Shown here: positions 59,951-64,000 of the stretch, in pieces | How positions within the stretch are numbered: position 1 is the stretch's first letter | Layout of the letters: each line of letters begins with the position of its first letter | Assembly (NCBI GenBank): GCA_964520295.1 | Contig: CAZFMQ010000002.1 | Span: 50,379 to 114,378 of the forward strand | Reading direction: 5' to 3' | Source: an uncultured Candidatus Saccharibacteria bacterium | Lineage (GTDB): Bacteria > Patescibacteriota > Minisyncoccia > Phycocordibacterales > EsbW-18 | Length of the DNA: 64,000 nt | Translations under genes and position numbers: made by a program | The notes under the pieces: generated by a model | Database searches by the model: none | What the model was told of the DNA's origin: nothing | Seen by the model: the letters and a program-made list of their open reading frames with translations, nothing else

Positions 59951-60039
59951 AAAGGGACTTTTTCATATACCAAAAGTATACAACATTGGGCAGGTGATGC
60001 TATATACAACTGAACATCCCCACGAGTGAGAAATTGGCA

Positions 60040-60516
60040 CTAATCTAGACCACCTTTATATGGACTAGGATCATTGGCGCATTTTGGATTATCACCTGAT
60101 ACCTGAGAGGCTATTGAAGCGGCAAGTTCATTATCAGGTTCTCTAATCGCTATATGATATGCCGCCGCTCCTGCATCAAAGCAGTGTCCAATCTCAAACA
60201 GAGCCAAGGCATGTGCAGACCAAAAATGAATATCCTCCCACACTAAATCTCTATAATTTTCAATTCCGTCATTGGTAACTTTGACAACCATATCCCAATC
60301 TTTATTTTCTACAAGATAATCAAGGAAAGGAAGTACCTCATCTAGATCGCCTTTCGTGTAAGGATTTTTATTGGAATCTGATTCTTCTGATAACCCAATT
60401 GTCTCAGAAGTATCAATCGGTACGGAAGATATTGAATAGTTTGAGTACTTCCATACAAAGAATCCCACAACAATCAACAGAACTACAACGCCAGAGATAA
60501 TCGAACCTTTCTTCAT
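60040..60516 (-). CDS. Membrane-anchored hypothetical protein with TPR-like helices
   Basis: N-terminal TM; TATAAT 7 nt upstream of ATG; directly downstream of tRNA-Asn. Confidence 0.65.
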   Translation of the reverse strand: MKKGSIISGVVVLLIVVGFFVWKYSNYSISSVPIDTSETIGLSEESDSNKNPYTKGDLDEVLPFLDYLVENKDWDMVVKVTNDGIENYRDLVWEDIHFWSAHALALFEIGHCFDAGAAAYHIAIREPDNELAASIASQVSGDNPKCANDPSPYKGGLD

Positions 60517-60558
60517 ACCCCTGATTATAGCTGCTTGATTCAAAATATGCTAAATATG

Positions 60559-60630
60559 CTCCGCGGGTAGGATTCGAACCTACGACCAACTCCTTAACAG
60601 GGAGCTGCACTACCGCTGTGCTACCGCGGA
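60559..60630 (-). tRNA. tRNA-Asn(GTT)
   Basis: TCCGCGG/CCGCGGA acceptor stem, anticodon loop CTGTTAA, T-loop GGTTCGAATCC; full CCA not encoded. Confidence 0.96.
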
Positions 60631-60803
60631 ATGTAAAAACATCCGGAGAAAAGTATACCGTTTTTTTGCGAAAAAACCAGTCCCGTGGTATATTCTAACC
60701 GTCTTATGCAAAGGGGTAAGACATTATTTATTAGTAACCAAAGCCAATAGATGCCGTCGCATGACGGGACATCAGCTGGGCTTGCGCCCTTTTTTACGTT
60801 TCT

Positions 60804-61895
60804 ATGTCAGAAGAACAAAATACACAACAGGAGGCAGATCTGAGCCCTATGGGGAAAATGCTTGCAGAAAGCAAGAATCCTCCTGTGCTCGGCGACATTG
60901 TTGAAGGACGTGTTGTCGCACTACACAAATCATCAGTTATTGTAGACATTCCACCATTTGGTTCAGGAATTATCTACGGTCGCGAATACAACAACGCACG
61001 CGACATCATTAAAAACATTGCCATCGGCGATGAAATTACCGGTACCATTGTTGAAACAAACAATGAAGACGGTTACTACGAACTTTCACTCCGCGAAGCA
61101 CGCCAAGCAATTATTTGGAGCGACGCAGAGCAAGCAGTCAAAGAAAAGAAAACATTCGTACTCCCTGTTAAAGAAGCAAACAAGGGTGGTCTTATTATTG
61201 AATGGCAAGGTATTGTGGGCTTCCTCCCTGCGTCACAGCTCGGCAAAGAGCACTACCCACGCGTTGATGGTGGCGACAAAGACCGCATCTTTGATGAGTT
61301 GCAGAAGCTCGTTGGTGAATTACTCACGGTAACGATCATCACCGCAGATCCAAAAGAAGGAAAACTCATCTTCTCTGAGAAAGGCATGGTGGAGAAAGAG
61401 AAAGAGGTACTCATTGAGAAGTATCAGGTTGGTGATGAAGTTGAAGGCGAAATCACCGGTATCGTGGACTTCGGTGTCTTCATGAAGGTGGAAGACGGAC
61501 TTGAAGGTCTTGCACACATCTCTGAATTGGATTGGGGGCTCGTGGAAGATCCGCGAAAACTCTTCACTGTTGGACAGAAGATGCGCGCAAAGATTATTGA
61601 GATCAAGGACGGCAAAGTATCCCTCTCAATCAAGGCGCTCAAAGAAAACCCATGGTCATCTGCTGGTAAGAAGTACACGAAAGATGATGTCGTACAAGCG
61701 GTTATCATCAAGTACAACAAGCATGGCGCACTCGCATCAGTTGAAGAAGGTGTTGCCGGTTTGGTGCACGTCTCTGAGTTTGAATCAATTGATAAACTCC
61801 GCGAAACACTTCAGCTTGGACAATCATACGCATTCAAGATCAATCTCTTTGATCCAAAAGAACAGCGCATGACACTCTCATACGTTGCAAAATAA
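60804..61895 (+). CDS. rpsA: 30S ribosomal protein S1 (four S1 domains)
   Basis: NKGGL, GFLPASQL, DFGVF, EGLAHISEL, GLVHVSE. Confidence 0.9.
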   Translation: MSEEQNTQQEADLSPMGKMLAESKNPPVLGDIVEGRVVALHKSSVIVDIPPFGSGIIYGREYNNARDIIKNIAIGDEITGTIVETNNEDGYYELSLREARQAIIWSDAEQAVKEKKTFVLPVKEANKGGLIIEWQGIVGFLPASQLGKEHYPRVDGGDKDRIFDELQKLVGELLTVTIITADPKEGKLIFSEKGMVEKEKEVLIEKYQVGDEVEGEITGIVDFGVFMKVEDGLEGLAHISELDWGLVEDPRKLFTVGQKMRAKIIEIKDGKVSLSIKALKENPWSSAGKKYTKDDVVQAVIIKYNKHGALASVEEGVAGLVHVSEFESIDKLRETLQLGQSYAFKINLFDPKEQRMTLSYVAK

Positions 61896-61907
61896 AGAAT
61901 GCACAAG

Positions 61908-61953
61908 AAAATACCCCGCCCCGCCATGTACACATGGCGGGGCGGGGTATTTT
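61908..61953. terminator. Bidirectional terminator between rpsA and pth
   Basis: AAAATACCCCGCCCCGCCATGT-AC-ACATGGCGGGGCGGGGTATTTT. Confidence 0.85.
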
Positions 61954-61963
61954 TGTATTCCCA

Positions 61964-62560
61964 CTAATTGTATTCCGTCATCGCGCGCGCCTGACCATCA
62001 GTTACCAGCATCATCAATGCCTCGTGCGCGCGTTTGAAAATTTTTTTGAGATCTGCCTGTTCTTCTTTTTTGAACGTACCGAGTAAAAACTTTAGCACCT
62101 TTTCTTCCCCTTTCGGTTTTTTCGCCACCCCCTTCGCATTCTCTGGCGACACACCAATGCGAATACGTACAAACTCGCGTGTTTTGAGTGCTTTGATGAC
62201 AGAATCCACACCACGGTGTCCACCCGAACCTCTATCAAATGAAAGTTTGATAGTACCCAACGGCAAATCAATATCGTCATAAACGACAACGATATGTTCC
62301 GGACGAACCTTACGCGTTCTCGCCACATACGCCACCGCACTTCCCGACTTGTTCATAAAGGTATCGGGAAGTGCCAATAGTAGCTCGTGTGCACCCTTTT
62401 TTCCCTTCACAAACTGCGCGTCCGCCTTTTTTTCGTATTCCCACGCACCAAAATCCTCATGCTCACGTATAAAATCAACACACAACCGACCTGCATTGTG
62501 CCGCGTGCGCTCATATTCTGCTCCTGGGTTGCCCAAACCGACAACAAGAAAGGTTGTCAT
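61964..62560 (-). CDS. pth: Peptidyl-tRNA hydrolase
   Basis: VGLGNPG.EY..TRHNAG, TFMNKSG, DDIDL, GGHRG, RIRIG. Confidence 0.96.
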   Translation of the reverse strand: MTTFLVVGLGNPGAEYERTRHNAGRLCVDFIREHEDFGAWEYEKKADAQFVKGKKGAHELLLALPDTFMNKSGSAVAYVARTRKVRPEHIVVVYDDIDLPLGTIKLSFDRGSGGHRGVDSVIKALKTREFVRIRIGVSPENAKGVAKKPKGEEKVLKFLLGTFKKEEQADLKKIFKRAHEALMMLVTDGQARAMTEYN

Positions 62561-62679
62561 ACAGCACTCATTGTAGTGGTGCGCGCACAGAGCGTCAATG
62601 AAACACAAAAAAGTGTTACAGCACGATACAAAATCTTGCGTCAAGAGTTAGAGAAGCATACAATACTCAACAAATAAAA

Positions 62680-63300
62680 ATGGATTCGTACGCACACAAC
62701 GAAACGACACCAACAACACCCACACGCAAAAGTGGTGTACGCATTTTTTTCTCTGAACTCATTCGTTTTGTACTCATTGCAGTGTTCGTCGTGCTTCCTA
62801 TCCGCGTATTTATCGCACAACCGTTCATTGTGTCAGGTTCTTCCATGGATCCGACGTTTGAAAACGGTGAATACCTCATCGTGGACGAGATTTCATACCG
62901 CTTCGACGAACCAGAGCGCGGTGATGTCATTATTTTCAAGTATCCGAAAGACCCGTCAAAGTATTTCATTAAACGCATTATTGGTCTGCCAGGCGAAACG
63001 GTCACCATCTCTGCAACACGCGTGCACATCACCACCAGCAAGGGCGAGGAATTGGATGAACAAATCATTCTTGATGAAGCATATCTCTCGCATCCAACCT
63101 TGGGTAGCTCCTCACTAACTCTTGATGCCGATGAATACTTCGTCATGGGAGATAATCGACCTGCAAGTTCTGACTCACGCATCTGGGGACCGCTACCACG
63201 CGATCACATTATTGGGCGAGCACTCGTGCGATTGTTGCCGATTGGAAGGGTTGGTGTATTCCCCGGCAAACACATTTACGCAGAAACAGATACACAATAA
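62680..63300 (+). CDS. lepB: Signal peptidase I
   Basis: SGSSMDPT, RGDVIIF, FIKRIIGLPGE, GDNR..S.DSR. Confidence 0.96.
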   Translation: MDSYAHNETTPTTPTRKSGVRIFFSELIRFVLIAVFVVLPIRVFIAQPFIVSGSSMDPTFENGEYLIVDEISYRFDEPERGDVIIFKYPKDPSKYFIKRIIGLPGETVTISATRVHITTSKGEELDEQIILDEAYLSHPTLGSSSLTLDADEYFVMGDNRPASSDSRIWGPLPRDHIIGRALVRLLPIGRVGVFPGKHIYAETDTQ

Positions 63301-63312
63301 TTCATACACATC

Positions 63313-64000
63313 ATGGCGCACACAGTACAAAAAAAACGTACACATACATCTGAAGATGCATCCTACGGATACGAAGGTGATCTCAAGCGCGCCATTGATG
63401 TTGCTAATCACTATGGGTTCAACCTCTCCCGTCCCCTTGAACTCATCAAAGACGACCGACTCTGTGAAGAAAAGCACGCGTGCCCAGCGCATCACGTTGC
63501 AGCACTCCGCACTTTTGCTACAAATGACATACACCACGGTAATGTCGTGCTTGCGGCACACACGCGCCGCGTACCGTACAAAAAAAATCTTGAGTTACGC
63601 CTAGAAGTCATTGGTGATAAAGAAAGCTCAGCAGAAGGTCTTCTCTTTCAAACCGTGCAAGCGATTTTGAATGAGTATGGGTATCGTGACCTCTCTATGA
63701 CCATCAACTCTGTGGGTGGACGCGAATCAGTCAATGCATATACACAGGCACTCACCGCATTTTATCGTTCACGTTTAGGCGATTTGGAAGCATCGTGTGG
63801 AGAGGCGTTCAAGGAAAGTGTCTTCGCACCGCTCCGTTGCTCGCATCAACGCTGTCAGGAAATCCGCAATGATGCGCCACAATCACTCAACTATTTATCC
63901 GAACAAAGCCGTATCCACTTCAAAGAAGTACTTGAGTATTTAGAATCATTGGAAATCCCATACACGGTTGATCCATTCTTGATTGGACCAGAACAGTACA
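63313..64000 (+). CDS. Divergent HisRS-like paralog, 5' part (runs off window end)
   Basis: Manual translation: A..YGF, LEVIG..ESSAEG, INSVGG.ES...Y..AL..FY, PLRC....C......AP..LNYL...S..HFKEVLEYL..L.IPY.VDP.L; catalytic motifs degenerate. Confidence 0.7.
   Translation, partial: MAHTVQKKRTHTSEDASYGYEGDLKRAIDVANHYGFNLSRPLELIKDDRLCEEKHACPAHHVAALRTFATNDIHHGNVVLAAHTRRVPYKKNLELRLEVIGDKESSAEGLLFQTVQAILNEYGYRDLSMTINSVGGRESVNAYTQALTAFYRSRLGDLEASCGEAFKESVFAPLRCSHQRCQEIRNDAPQSLNYLSEQSRIHFKEVLEYLESLEIPYTVDPFLIGPEQY

Noticed and set aside
54332-60630. Direct repeat of the tRNA-Asn 3' end bounding the island
   Set aside because: The left-junction sequence GGACGAAGTTAGAACC is only loosely similar to GGTAGGATTCGAACC; no exact duplication found
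33-63604. Many antisense or alternate-frame ORFs in the track (e.g. 3260-3949, 34544-35125, 35342-35992, 48766-49392, 57610-58227)
   Set aside because: They shadow well-supported genes and show no recognisable motifs

Overview
64-kb chromosomal segment of a reduced-genome bacterium, most consistent with Patescibacteria/CPR (Parcubacteria-like; inferred from gene content, short ThrRS/HolB, NusB-NUDIX fusion; TGA is used as stop, code 11). The backbone is housekeeping: alaS, class II RNR nrdJ with pduO, nth, mreB, murA, priA, hisS, rpoB-rpoC-dnaG-rpoD, rpsP-khpA-trmD, rnr, smc-like, rnc, nusB, rpmF, rnhB, dnaE, thrS, mnmA, def-fmt, hpf, murB, tRNA-Asn, rpsA, pth, lepB. An AT-rich island (~54.3-60.0 kb) carries a type III restriction-modification system; its left junction interrupts a dienelactone-hydrolase-like gene. 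The most notable pattern is two expression grammars. Backbone genes mostly have a -10 hexamer 6-9 nt before the start codon and no Shine-Dalgarno (SD). Five dispersed, GC-richer, self-contained units instead each carry a -35/-10 promoter, a strong SD, 1-2 ORFs and an intrinsic terminator, mostly with a TTCACA leader motif and with no mobility genes. A candidate small RNA with C-rich, anti-SD-like loops lies between mnmA and def. All assignments are by eye from motifs; no database searches were run.
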